Source: an uncultured Gemmatimonadales bacterium (GTDB lineage: Bacteria; Gemmatimonadota; Gemmatimonadetes; Gemmatimonadales; GWC2-71-9). From it: 64,000 nucleotides of DNA. Position 1 is the stretch's first letter. Each line of letters opens with the position of its first letter. Below, in pieces: positions 41,643-52,052 of the stretch. The notes below the pieces were generated by a model. It searched no databases. It worked only from the letters and a program-made list of their open reading frames with translations, and was not told the origin of the DNA. The position numbers and the translations under genes were made by a program. The stretch covers positions 992,001 through 1,056,000 of the forward strand of contig CAVOGR010000001.1 of the NCBI GenBank assembly GCA_963695555.1, written 5' to 3'.

Positions 41643-44036
41643 ATGAACGACGTGACCGCTCCGCGACCTCCATACCTTGCTGCGCTTGCCGCCTTTCTCT
41701 TGGTATTCGTCGGCTACATCCTCACCCTTGCGCCGTCGGTCACGTTCTGGGACGCGGGTGAGTTGATTGCGGCGGCGCACATCCTCGGCATCCCACACCC
41801 GCCGGGCACGCCGCTCTTCGTCATGCTGGGCCATGTGTGGCGCATGCTGGTGCCGGTGGGCGAGGTGGCGTACCGGCTGAATCTGATGAGTGCCTTCTTC
41901 AGCGCACTCGGCGCGGGGCTCTTCTTTCTGGTTGCCCATCACACGCTCGCGCAGCGAATGGCGGATCTCGAGCAAGGCGCCGGACGGGTCCTCGCGCTGG
42001 GCGGCGCGGCCGCGGCCGTGGTCATCGGCGCGTTCACGTTTACCGTGTGGCAAAACTCCAACGAGACCGAAGTCTACGCAGTGGCCACGTTCATCATCGC
42101 AGGCCTGTGTTGGGCCGCGCACATGTGGAGGATGGAGCGGCCCTCGCCGCGCGCGGCGCGGTGGCTTCTCCTGATCATCTACCTCGGCGGCGTGTCGATG
42201 GGCAACCACTTGCTTGCCCTCTTGGCGGGTCCCGCGGTGATCGTATTTGCCGGTTACACGGTGTGGCAGCACCCGGTGCGCGATCCGCTCCACCGCAAGA
42301 CCGAGTGGGCCCAGGTCGCGGTGCTCGCTGGAGTCTGGGCGCTCCTCATCGGCACCGGACTCGGGAGCACCAGCCTCATCATTGTCGGCGGGCTTTGCTT
42401 CGTTGCCGCTGCGGCATTCGCGGCCGGCGCCCACGCGCTGCCCTTCGCGTTGCTGAGCCTCGCCATCGCCTCGATCGGGGTGACGACGTATCTCTTCCTC
42501 TACATCCGGGCGGGGCAGGGTCCGGTCCTGAACGAAGCGGACCCTTCCACGTGGGAATCCCTGCTGGCCGTGATTCGACGCGCGCAGTACCCGGTCCGTA
42601 CGCCATTCGACGACCCCACCGTTCCCCACGGCCCCGGAAACCCCGGTCGCAGCCTCACGATCATGTGGCTGCAGCTGCTCAACTACCTGCAGTACTTCGA
42701 TTGGCAGTGGGCGCAGTCGGTGGGTGGGCGGCTGTTCGACGTCTTTCCCATCCGGACGTTCGCCACCCTCCTGTTCACCGGGCTGGGGCTCAAGGGCTTG
42801 CGAGACCAGTGGCGCACCGACCGGGCTGCATGGTGGTTGTTCTTCGTCCTCTGGCTCACGACCGGGTTGGGGCTCATGGCATACATGAACTTCAAGCCGG
42901 GCTTCAGCTTGCGGTATGACCTCTTTCCCGGCCTCGACCAGCACGAAGTGCGTGAACGTGACTACTTCTTCCTGGTCAGTTTCTCCGTATGGGGACTCTG
43001 GGCGGGCATGGGCCTCGCGTCCCTGGCCCGTTCGGTTGTGAGACGCTGGCGCGGCCGAGGCGGGCGGGCACTGGCGGTGGCGGTTCTGGCGTTGGCCCTG
43101 GTGCCGGTGTTGGGCAATGCCCGCGCGGCGTCCCGGCGCCACGGGCCCGATGCCCGATTGGCGGCGGATTTTTCCTATGACCTGCTCAACTCAGTGCCGC
43201 CGTACGGCATTCTCTTCACCTACGGAGACAACGATACGTTCCCGCTGTGGTGGGCGCAGGAAGTCGAAGGCATTCGACAGGACGTGACCGTCGTCTGCAT
43301 CGCCTTGTCCCACACCACCTGGTACGCCCGCCAGGTGCGGGACAATCCAGTCCGGCCCTTCGACCCGGCTCGTGCCCCGGCTATTTGGCAAGAAGGAAAC
43401 TGGACCATGCCCACCTGGCCGGTTCACACCATGACCGATGCCGAGATTGCGGCGGCGGCGCCGGGGACGTTGCTCGATCGCGAAGTCGAGATCCCGCTTG
43501 GTCCCATCCGCACCGTGGTGCCCGCGGGAACACCGCTCTATCTGGCAGATGTCACGGTGCTCAGGGTGCTGCAACAGAACCTCGGACGTCGGCCCCTGGC
43601 ATGGTCGATCACGGCGGGGACGAATTTCTACGGCCTCAACCGAAATCTGGTCCAGCAGGGACTGGTCCGCCGGGTCCGGCCCGTGCCGGTCGACTCGGCC
43701 GCGATGACCCTGCCGGTGGGCCTGCAGGGCATTGCCCTCGATCGAGACACCACCGAGCGGCTGGCGTGGGAGACCTACCGCTACGCCAGCCTGCTCGCGC
43801 GTGGACCCGCCGGCCTCGACCCGACGGGTCAGAGCTTTGCGGCGAGTCTGGCCGAGCCGTTCGTTCAGCTCGCGGTCGCGTACCAGGACGCCGGCAACAT
43901 TCCCGAAACGTTCCGGAATCTCGATCGCGCGGCGCAGCTCTCCCCAAACCCGGCGCTCCGGACGGCGCTGGAGCAGATGCGGCTCGAGGTGCTGCAGGGG
44001 GTGGATTCGCCACCAGTGGAGGAGAGCAGGAACTAG
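41643..44036 (+). CDS. DUF2723 (TMEM260-like, GT-C type) membrane glycosyltransferase
   Basis: FWDAGE, HPPGTP, TEVY, RERDYF, GDNDTFPLW. Confidence 0.88.
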   Translation: MNDVTAPRPPYLAALAAFLLVFVGYILTLAPSVTFWDAGELIAAAHILGIPHPPGTPLFVMLGHVWRMLVPVGEVAYRLNLMSAFFSALGAGLFFLVAHHTLAQRMADLEQGAGRVLALGGAAAAVVIGAFTFTVWQNSNETEVYAVATFIIAGLCWAAHMWRMERPSPRAARWLLLIIYLGGVSMGNHLLALLAGPAVIVFAGYTVWQHPVRDPLHRKTEWAQVAVLAGVWALLIGTGLGSTSLIIVGGLCFVAAAAFAAGAHALPFALLSLAIASIGVTTYLFLYIRAGQGPVLNEADPSTWESLLAVIRRAQYPVRTPFDDPTVPHGPGNPGRSLTIMWLQLLNYLQYFDWQWAQSVGGRLFDVFPIRTFATLLFTGLGLKGLRDQWRTDRAAWWLFFVLWLTTGLGLMAYMNFKPGFSLRYDLFPGLDQHEVRERDYFFLVSFSVWGLWAGMGLASLARSVVRRWRGRGGRALAVAVLALALVPVLGNARAASRRHGPDARLAADFSYDLLNSVPPYGILFTYGDNDTFPLWWAQEVEGIRQDVTVVCIALSHTTWYARQVRDNPVRPFDPARAPAIWQEGNWTMPTWPVHTMTDAEIAAAAPGTLLDREVEIPLGPIRTVVPAGTPLYLADVTVLRVLQQNLGRRPLAWSITAGTNFYGLNRNLVQQGLVRRVRPVPVDSAAMTLPVGLQGIALDRDTTERLAWETYRYASLLARGPAGLDPTGQSFAASLAEPFVQLAVAYQDAGNIPETFRNLDRAAQLSPNPALRTALEQMRLEVLQGVDSPPVEESRN

Positions 44037-44083
44037 GGCGTGTCCCTTCATTTAGGCCGAACCGAGTCCTAGATTTATAGGTT

Positions 44084-44773
44084 ATGGCGTTTCCGGAACT
44101 CCCAATCCGACTGGCCGAGGTCCGGGGGGCCGTGGAGGTCCACCAGCGTCGGGGCGGATGGTCGCACCCGGTCCGTGTCGTAGCCGTCACCAAGACGCAT
44201 GGCCCGGAAGCCGTCCGGGCCGCCGTGGCCGCAGGGATCGATGCCATCGGCGAGAATCGGATCCAGGAAGCGCTGGCCAAGCAGGATGCGCTTGCCGAGG
44301 TGCAGATCGAATGGCACTTCATCGGGCGTTTGCAGCGCAACAAGGTCCGGCGGGCGGTCGGTCGGTTCGCCTGGATTCACTCGGTGGACCGGAATGACTT
44401 GGCCCGAGAACTCGAGCGGCGAGTCCCGCCGGAGGCACCACGGCAGCGCGTATTGGTCGAAGTGAATTGTTCGCGGGAGCCTCAAAAGGGAGGCGTGGAG
44501 CCGGAGGAGTTGCCTGGGCTGTTGGACACGCTGGCCGGGTACGACAGGTTGGATGTCCGAGGTCTCATGACGATGGCCGAGTACACGACCGACCAGCAGG
44601 TGCAGCGGCAGACGTTTCAGCGTCTCCGCTCCCTTCGGGATGAGGCACAGTCCCGCGGGCACGCACTGCCGGAGCTGTCGATGGGCATGTCGGGGGACTA
44701 CACCGTTGCGGTAGAAGAAGGGGCGACAATGATCCGCCTGGGGACCCTGCTCTTTGGAGGACGCAGCGCATGA
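44084..44773 (+). CDS. yggS: PLP homeostasis protein YggS
   Basis: VAVTK, GENRIQE, WHFIG-x-LQRNK, LSMGMSGDY. Confidence 0.95.
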   Translation: MAFPELPIRLAEVRGAVEVHQRRGGWSHPVRVVAVTKTHGPEAVRAAVAAGIDAIGENRIQEALAKQDALAEVQIEWHFIGRLQRNKVRRAVGRFAWIHSVDRNDLARELERRVPPEAPRQRVLVEVNCSREPQKGGVEPEELPGLLDTLAGYDRLDVRGLMTMAEYTTDQQVQRQTFQRLRSLRDEAQSRGHALPELSMGMSGDYTVAVEEGATMIRLGTLLFGGRSA

Positions 44774-45282
44774 AGGACGACGCGTTTTATCTCACACCGC
44801 ACGACGTGCGGGGGCAGGAGTTCCGCACCGCCTTCCGGGGTTTCAACCCGAGAGAGGTGGAGGACTTTCAGCTGCGGGTCTCGGAGGAGTTGGAGCGCCT
44901 GTTGCGTGAGCGGGCGCAGCTCGAGGAGCGGCTGCGCAACTTCCAAGAACAGTTGCGCGCCTTCCGCGATCGCGAGCGCGCCATGAACGAGGCCCTGCTG
45001 GCGGCGCAGCAGCTGCGGGTGGATGCCGCGAAAGAAGCGGACAGCGAATCGGAAGAGATCATTCGGCGGGCCAAGACCGAGGCGCTGAGAATCCTGGCCG
45101 AGGCCAAACAGAACGAGCGGCTGGTCCGGGAGCGCACCGAGGCGGGACGGCGCCAGTTTGCTGCCTTCCTGGCGAACTTCCGCGGCTTGCTCGAGCGGCA
45201 CCTCGGCGAGGTGGAGGGTCTCGAAGAGAATATCCGGAGCGCAACCGAGGCCCAGACGGAAGCCGTGCAGCGAAGGGCATGA
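44770..45282 (+). CDS. divIVA: DivIVA domain protein
   Basis: LTPHDV-x-x-x-EF-x-x-x-FRGF-x-x-x-EV-x-x-F followed by coiled coil. Confidence 0.88.
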   Translation: MKDDAFYLTPHDVRGQEFRTAFRGFNPREVEDFQLRVSEELERLLRERAQLEERLRNFQEQLRAFRDRERAMNEALLAAQQLRVDAAKEADSESEEIIRRAKTEALRILAEAKQNERLVRERTEAGRRQFAAFLANFRGLLERHLGEVEGLEENIRSATEAQTEAVQRRA

Positions 45283-46112
45283 CCGTCGTCGTCGATACCA
45301 TCGCGGTCCAAGCCGCCGAGGACGCCGTTCGCCGCGTCACACCCTTCGAGCCGGCCATCGGCATCATTCTGGGCACGGGGTTGGGGCAGCTCGCCCGTGA
45401 GATCGAGGTTGCGGCCACCGTCCCATACGACCGAATTCCCGGGTTTCCCGTGCCGACGGTCGAGTCGCATGCCGGCCGCCTCCTGTTCGGCACTCTCGGA
45501 GGGAAGCCCGTTGCGGCGCTCCAGGGTCGATTCCACCGCTACGAAGGCTATGACCTGGCCCAAGTGACGTTTCCGGTCCGGGTCCTCCGGACCTTGGGGT
45601 GCCAGGTCCTCATCGTGTCCAACGCGTGCGGTGGGATGCACCCGCTGTGGCCGGCCGGGGACCTGGTCCTGCTCACGGATCACATCAACCTGCTGGGCGA
45701 CAGCCCGCTCGTCGGCCGCAATGACGACGCAACGGGCCCGCGGTTTCCCGACATGTCGGAGGCGTACGATCCGGAACTCCGCCGCCTCGCCCGCGAGGCG
45801 GCCGTGACGCTCGGCATCCCGCTCCGTGAGGGGGTGTATGCCGCGGTGCCGGGTCCCAGTCTCGAAACACCGGCCGAGTACCGCATGCTCCGCGCGGTCG
45901 GCGCCGATGTGGTCGGCATGTCCACCGTGCCCGAGGTGATCGTCGCCGTCCATGCGGGGCTGCGCGTGCTCGGGGTGTCCCTGATCACGGATCGCTGCCT
46001 GCCCGACGCGCTCGAACCCGTCTCCCTGGAGCAGATTCTCGCCGTCGCCGCCAAGGCGGAGCCGAACTTGACGCGGTTGATTCAACGCGTGGTCGAGCGG
46101 TGGGCGGCATGA
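45279..46112 (+). CDS. Purine-nucleoside phosphorylase (trimeric type)
   Basis: ILGTGLG, GRFHRYEG, GPSLETPAE, VGMSTVPE. Confidence 0.95.
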   Translation: MTVVVDTIAVQAAEDAVRRVTPFEPAIGIILGTGLGQLAREIEVAATVPYDRIPGFPVPTVESHAGRLLFGTLGGKPVAALQGRFHRYEGYDLAQVTFPVRVLRTLGCQVLIVSNACGGMHPLWPAGDLVLLTDHINLLGDSPLVGRNDDATGPRFPDMSEAYDPELRRLAREAAVTLGIPLREGVYAAVPGPSLETPAEYRMLRAVGADVVGMSTVPEVIVAVHAGLRVLGVSLITDRCLPDALEPVSLEQILAVAAKAEPNLTRLIQRVVERWAA

Positions 46113-49100
46113 CCTTCCGGAAATGGCCGGCGCTGACCCAGGCGCAGTTGGAGGAAGAGCTCTTGGCGCTCTGGAGCGCCGAGGACCTGTTTCACCGGAT
46201 CCAGCGTCGCGCCGACGGCGCCGAGTCGTTCGTGTTCTACGAGGGGCCGCCGACGGCCAACGGCCGTCCGGGGATCCATCACGTCTTCGCCCGGACCATC
46301 AAGGATCTGATCTGCCGGTTCCACGCCATGCTGGGAAGCGGGTGACGCGGATCGCCGGATGGGACACGCACGGATTGCCCGTCGAAATCGAGGTGGAGAA
46401 GGCGCTCGGCCTGAACGGGAAGCAGGACATCGAACGGTTCGGGGTCGCGAAGTTCAACGGCCGCTGCCGCGAGAGCGTGTTCGCGTACAAGTCGGAATGG
46501 GAGCGGTTGTCGGATCGGATCGGGTTACTGGCTGGATTACGACCATCCGTACGTCACGTACAGCGAACGACTACGTCGAGACCGTCTGGTGGTTGCTCGC
46601 GCCGGCTGTACGACCGTGGGCTGCTACGCGCGGGCACAAGGTGCTGCCGTACTGCCCCCGCTGCGGGACGGTGCTCTCGAGCCACGAGCTGGCTCTGGGC
46701 TACGGGACGTCACCACCCGCTCCGTCTACGTCCAGCTTCCGCTCCTGGACGATCCCACCCGCAAACTGCTGGTCTGGACGACGACGCCGTGGACGCTCCT
46801 GTCCAACGTCGCGGTCGCCGTCAATCCGGACCTCGGTACGTGGAGTACATGGACGGCTCGCGGCTCATCCTCGTCGAGCGGGCGGCGCCATTCAGCTCGA
46901 GGCGGCCCGGGTGGCGACGTGGGTCCCACCGCGACGTTGGCCGACCGGCCGTGCGGGCGGTGTCGACCATGCGCGGCCGCGCCTGGTCGGCGCGCGGTAC
47001 GCCGCCCGTTCGATGTGGTGACCGTACCGAGGGTGACGCCGCATCGGTGTGGTGCCCGGCGATTTTGTCTCGGCCGAGGATGGCTCGGGCTTGGTGCACC
47101 TGGCGCCGGCGTTCGGTGCCGACGACTACGCCGCCGGAACGCGAGCACGGTCTCGCGTTCGTCAATCCCGTTCAGGCGGATGGGACCATTCCGAGGCACC
47201 GCCTGGCCGACCTCGAGGGGCGGCAGGTCACGGCAAGGAAACCAACGCGCTGATCATCGAGCGACTGGAAGACGACGGCACGTGGCACCGACCGAGGCGT
47301 ACGAGCATGCGTATCCGCACTGCTGGCGCTGCCGCAGCCATTGATCTACTATGCGCGCGACTCGTGGTTCGTTCGCACCTCGGCGGTCACGGACCGGATG
47401 CTCAGGCCAACGCGTCGGTCGGGTGGCATCCGCCGGAGGTCGGCTTCGGGCGGTTTGGGGCCTGGCTCGAAAACAACATGGATTGGGCCCTGTCGCGGGA
47501 CCGGTATTGGGGCACGCCGCTGCCGGTGTGGGTGTGCGATGCCGACCCCGAGCACACCGAGGTCATCGGGAGCTACGATCAGTTGTCGGAGCGGTGGGGC
47601 AGGCCCCTGCCGGCGGGCTTCGATCCGCACAAGCCGTTCATCGACTCGGTCACCTGGATGTGCGCATGTGGGGGTACCATGCGCCGCACACCGGAGGTCA
47701 TCGACACGTGGTTCGATTCGGGCGCCATGCCGTACGCGCAGTGGCACTATCCGTTCGAGCACGAGTCGGAATTCGAGTCACACTTTCCCGCCGACTTCAT
47801 CTGTGAAGGGATCGACCAGACGCGGGGATGGTTCTACTCGCTCCTGGCGATCGCCGTGACGGCGTTCGAGCAGGCGCCGTATCGCAATGTCGTCGTCAAC
47901 GAGCTGGTGCTCGACTCGGACGGCCAGAAGATGTCGAAGAGTCGCGGCAACGTGGTGGAGCCGTGGGACGTTATCCAGACATTTGGCGCCGACACGGTGC
48001 GGCTCTACCTCATCGCCTCGAGCCAGGTGTGGTTGCCCAAACGATTCGACGCGCGGACCATTGCCGAAGTCGCGGGTGGGTTCTTCGAGACGCTCAAGCA
48101 CACGTACACGTTCTTTGCGCTGTACGCGGGCGACTGGAGCCCGGCACCGGCGCCGTCCGATCGCCCGCTGGTGGACCGGTGGCTCGCGAGCCGCCTTGCC
48201 GCAACGGTTGAGGCGGTAACCGCGAGCTGGGCGGCGTATGACGTCACCACGGGCCTCCGGGCCCTGATGGATTTCGTGGTCGATGATCTCTCCAACTGGT
48301 ACGTCCGGATCAACCGCGACCGCTTCTGGGCCCCCGACACCACGCCCGATCCGGCGGCGCTTGCCACCCTCTACGAGGCCCTGCTCACCACGGCCCGGCT
48401 GTTGGCGCCCGCCGCACCGTTCGTGAGCGATTGGCTGCACCGCGCGCTCGGGGACGGCTCGGTGCACCTCGCACGATTCCCCGATGCGGGAGCGGCACGT
48501 GATCCGGGGCTCGAACAGGCCATGGCCGCCATCCGGCAGCTGGTCTCGCTCGGCCGGGCCGGCAGGGAGTCCGCCGGCCTCCGAGTCACGGCAACCGCTC
48601 GCGCGTATGCAGGTTGCCGTGCCGGCCGGCGTGTTGGGACAGTACGAGAACGAGTTGCTGGAACTGCTCCGAACCGAGGTCAACGTCAAATCGGTGGGGG
48701 TGGTGGCGTCGGACGCCGATCTCGTTCGCCTGAAGGGCAAGCCCAATTTTCGGGCCCTCGGCAAGCGGTTCGGGAACGAGACGCCGGAAGTCGCCAAGGC
48801 GGTGTCACGACTCACCCCGGAGCAGCTGCGTCAGCTGGAAGAGGGTGAGGAAGTGAGCGTGGAGGTGAACGGGGCCCGATACTGTTATCTTCCTGGGGAC
48901 CTCGTGGTCGAGCGTGAGGTCGTGAGTGACTGGCTGGTCCAGAGCAGCGGGCAATGCGTGGCGGCGCTCGATCCGACCCTGTCGCCCGAATTACGCCGGG
49001 AAGGCGTGGCACGGGAGTTGATCCATCGGATCCAGCGGCTCCGAAAAGAGGCCGGCTACGAGTACACGACGCGGATCGCTCTGAGCATCGCGGGCCCCGA

Positions 49101-49272
49101 AGAGGTGCTGGAAGCCGTGCGGACGCATGAGGCCTTCATTCGCGGGGAGACATTGGCCCGCGAGCTCCATGTCGGCGGCTCCCTCCACGCGCCCGACGTC
49201 GAGCGGGAAATCGACATCGATCAAACACGTGCGATCGTTGGCCTCAAGGCCCACGCGACGCCCACTGAGTAA
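46109..49272 (+). CDS. ileS: Isoleucine--tRNA ligase type 2, many apparent frameshifts
   Basis: EGPPTANG-x-PGIHH, GWDTHGLP, WTTTPWT, GSGLVHLAP, DWALSR-x-RYWGTP, DQTRGWFY, KMSKS in successive frames; indels cluster at 46335-47410, one more near 48590. Confidence 0.93.
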
Positions 49273-49300
49273 GAGGCATCGACTAAGGACATCTGAGCGC

Positions 49301-49684
49301 ATGAAGAAGAAGCAACTGGCCCATATCGAGCAGCGCCTGCTCGAGGAGCGGGCGCGAGTGATGAAGGAGTTGGGATTCTACGACGAATCGTTCGCCTCGA
49401 GCCTTCAGTCCTCGGATGGCGACCTTTCGTCCTATTCGTTCCATATGGCAGACCAAGGCACGGATGCGATGGAACGGGAAAAGCAATTCCTGATGGCCTC
49501 GAAGGAAGGCCGGTATTTGTGGCACGTGAACCAAGCGCTCCGGCGCTTGTACGGCGAGCCCAAATCATTCGGCACGTGCCACAGTTGCGGTACGGAGATC
49601 GATTTCGAACGGCTCGACGCACTGCCGCACGCCCGTCTGTGCATCACCTGCAAGGAAAAGGAAGAGGATGGCGAGCGGCGCTGA
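49301..49684 (+). CDS. TraR/DksA family C4 zinc-finger protein
   Basis: HMADQGTD coiled-coil tip; CHSC...RLDALP-x-x-RLCITC. Confidence 0.9.
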   Translation: MKKKQLAHIEQRLLEERARVMKELGFYDESFASSLQSSDGDLSSYSFHMADQGTDAMEREKQFLMASKEGRYLWHVNQALRRLYGEPKSFGTCHSCGTEIDFERLDALPHARLCITCKEKEEDGERR

Positions 49685-50177
49685 GCGACGCCTCTTCTGG
49701 GTTGTGCTGCTGCTGGTCGTGGTGCTCGATGCATCGACCAAACTGATCGCCGAGACATTCCTCCTCAGGACAGCGGCAACCCCAGTCGTAGGAGACTGGT
49801 TTCAGCTCCGCCTGGTGTATAACCAGGGGGCTGCCTTCGGGTTGCACGTGGGTCCATACTCTCGCTGGATCTTCTTCGCGGTCGCCGTTATAGCCGTCAT
49901 CGTGTTGCTGCGGATGTCCCGCCAGGGCGCCAGCGGTGACTGGTTCCGCCAGGGTGCCTTGGGCCTGGTGGCCGGCGGGGCAGCCGGCAATCTCATCGAT
50001 CGTATCCGAAGCGCCCGCGGTGTCGTGGATTTCCTCGATGTCGGCATCGGCACCCTGCGGTGGCCCACATTCAACGTCGCCGACATCGCCGTGAGTCTCG
50101 GTGCCATCGCCTTGGCCATCTCCCTCTGGCGGGAAGACGCTCGCCGGGCCCAGCCGGAGTCCGCCAGCGTCTCGTAA
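49668..50177 (+). CDS. lspA: Lipoprotein signal peptidase II
   Basis: NQGAAFG, GNLIDR, VVDF, FNVAD. Confidence 0.95.
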   Translation: MASGAERRLFWVVLLLVVVLDASTKLIAETFLLRTAATPVVGDWFQLRLVYNQGAAFGLHVGPYSRWIFFAVAVIAVIVLLRMSRQGASGDWFRQGALGLVAGGAAGNLIDRIRSARGVVDFLDVGIGTLRWPTFNVADIAVSLGAIALAISLWREDARRAQPESASVS

Positions 50178-50217
50178 CCCGCCTGCCCCCGCCGGCTCGT
50201 CCGGCGTCCACCTGTCG

Positions 50218-51204
50218 GTGCTCGTCGCGACGACGGAACGGCTCGACCGGTTCCTTGCTGATCAACTTGGCCTCTCCCGGACCCGTGCGGCTCGGCTCGT
50301 CGCCGGAGGCCATGTGTCCGTGGACGGGGTTCGCGCACGCGCGTCGCGCCGGTTGATCCGCGGGGAGCAGGTCACGGTGGAGGTTGCCGAGTCCGAGCCC
50401 CTGACAACGCTCAAGCCGGCGTCGATTCCCCTCACGGTGGTGTACGAAGACGAGGCGCTGGCGGTCATCGATAAGCCCGCCGGACTCGTCGTCCACCCTG
50501 CGCCTGGACATTGGGACGATACGTTGCTCAACGCATTGGTGGCGCGCGGGACGCCGTTGGCCGGTGGGGCGGAGGGCCGCCCCGGCATCGTGCATCGCCT
50601 GGATCGGGACACGTCGGGCCTCATGCTCGTGGCCAAGACGGAACAGGCACACCGGCGCTTGTCGAAGGCGTTGGCCTCCCGCCGGGTCTCCCGTTGCTAC
50701 GCGGCGATGACCTGGGGGCACCTGACCCAAAGCCCTACCACCATCGATGGCCCCATCGCTCGACATCCGGAGGATCGGAAGCGCATGACGGTGCTTGCCG
50801 GGGGCCGGTCGGCGCAGACCACCGCATGGGTCGTCGCACGCTACGGCCCCGTCGAACTGCTCCGCGTTGAACTCGGGACGGGCCGAACCCACCAGATCCG
50901 GGTCCACCTCAGCTACATCGGGCATCCGATCGTGGGTGACCCGGTCTACGGTGGTGGCGGAAGCCGGCGCATCTCGGGCCCCGATCGGAAGACCGCGGAG
51001 GCTATCGAGCGAGCGGCGCCACGCCAGGCACTCCACGCGGCGCTGCTCGGCTTCCGGCATCCGCTGACCGATGAGGAACTCGTGTTCACGTCCGAGTGGC
51101 CGGTCGATCTGAGGCCCGCGCTCGATGTGGCGGCAGATGACGCAAGTCTGGTTGCTGAAAGAGAACCGCTTCGGTATCTTCGTTTCTTCAATAGAGATGG
51201 CTAG
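50218..51204 (+). CDS. rluD: RluA-family pseudouridine synthase (RluD-like)
   Basis: S4 domain RLDRFL, HRLDRDTSG, GRTHQIRVH, LHA; start uncertain. Confidence 0.9.
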   Translation: MLVATTERLDRFLADQLGLSRTRAARLVAGGHVSVDGVRARASRRLIRGEQVTVEVAESEPLTTLKPASIPLTVVYEDEALAVIDKPAGLVVHPAPGHWDDTLLNALVARGTPLAGGAEGRPGIVHRLDRDTSGLMLVAKTEQAHRRLSKALASRRVSRCYAAMTWGHLTQSPTTIDGPIARHPEDRKRMTVLAGGRSAQTTAWVVARYGPVELLRVELGTGRTHQIRVHLSYIGHPIVGDPVYGGGGSRRISGPDRKTAEAIERAAPRQALHAALLGFRHPLTDEELVFTSEWPVDLRPALDVAADDASLVAEREPLRYLRFFNRDG

Positions 51205-51625
51205 TTCCGACCCGATGCGTGTGCTCGTCTTTCAGGTTGGAGACCTGGCATGCGGGATACCCGCCGAGTGGGTTCGCGAGGTCCTCCCGGCAGCCACGGC
51301 GACGCGAATCCCCGGTGCACACCCGGTCGTGGACGGCCTGGTCAACGTCCGCGGCAGGATTCTCACTGTGATCGACGGGCACCGCCTACTCAACCGAGCA
51401 CCGCTGCCCGAGCAAGAGGGGGTCACCATCATGGTGGACCTCGCCGGACACTCGTACGGTCTGCGGGTCAGCCAAGTGGACGATCTGTACGAAGTACGCG
51501 AGCAGGACCTCGAAGCGGCCACCGATGCGGCCGCAGGGCACGGTCATGTCGTGCAGGTCGAGGATGGCCCGCAGTTCGTTCTTCTCGGCATCGAATCCCT
51601 CCTGGCGCCGGTTGCCGGGACGTGA
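51197..51625 (+). CDS. cheW: Chemotaxis coupling protein CheW
   Basis: TRIPGA, GLVNVRG-x-I-x-x-VID, GLRV. Confidence 0.88.
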   Translation: MASSDPMRVLVFQVGDLACGIPAEWVREVLPAATATRIPGAHPVVDGLVNVRGRILTVIDGHRLLNRAPLPEQEGVTIMVDLAGHSYGLRVSQVDDLYEVREQDLEAATDAAAGHGHVVQVEDGPQFVLLGIESLLAPVAGT

Positions 51626-51686
51626 CCAACGACCGGGTTCCAGCGTTGTTTCCGTTGCAGTGTCCCGTTCTCCGTGGAGGCAGTCT

Positions 51687-52049
51687 GTGAGCCACACCAT
51701 CCTCGTGTGCGATGACGCGATCTTCATGCGGACGATGATCGGCGATATCCTCACCGGAGCCGGGTATGAGGTCGTCGGCGAGGCGGAGACCGGCGTCCAA
51801 GCGGTGGAGCAGTACTCTCGGCTGAAGCCCGATCTCGTCACGATGGACATCGTCATGCCCGAAATGGGGGGGATCGACGCCGTTCGCGAGATCCGGCGCC
51901 TGGACCCCGACGCCAAGATCCTGATGTGCAGCGCTATGGGACAACAGGCACTCGTGGTCGAGGCGATCCAAGCCGGAGCCAAGGACTTTGTCGTCAAGCC
52001 ATTCCAGCCGTCCCGTGTGCTCGAGGCCGTTCAGCGCGTGTTGGGGTGA
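51687..52049 (+). CDS. cheY: Single-domain response regulator CheY
   Basis: DD, MDIVMP, MCSAMGQQ, KPF; GGAGG RBS. Confidence 0.93.
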   Translation: MSHTILVCDDAIFMRTMIGDILTGAGYEVVGEAETGVQAVEQYSRLKPDLVTMDIVMPEMGGIDAVREIRRLDPDAKILMCSAMGQQALVVEAIQAGAKDFVVKPFQPSRVLEAVQRVLG

Positions 52050-52052
52050 GTC

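Noticed and set aside
46000..46109. T-box leader for ileS
   Set aside because: The ileS start overlaps the pnp stop, leaving no leader
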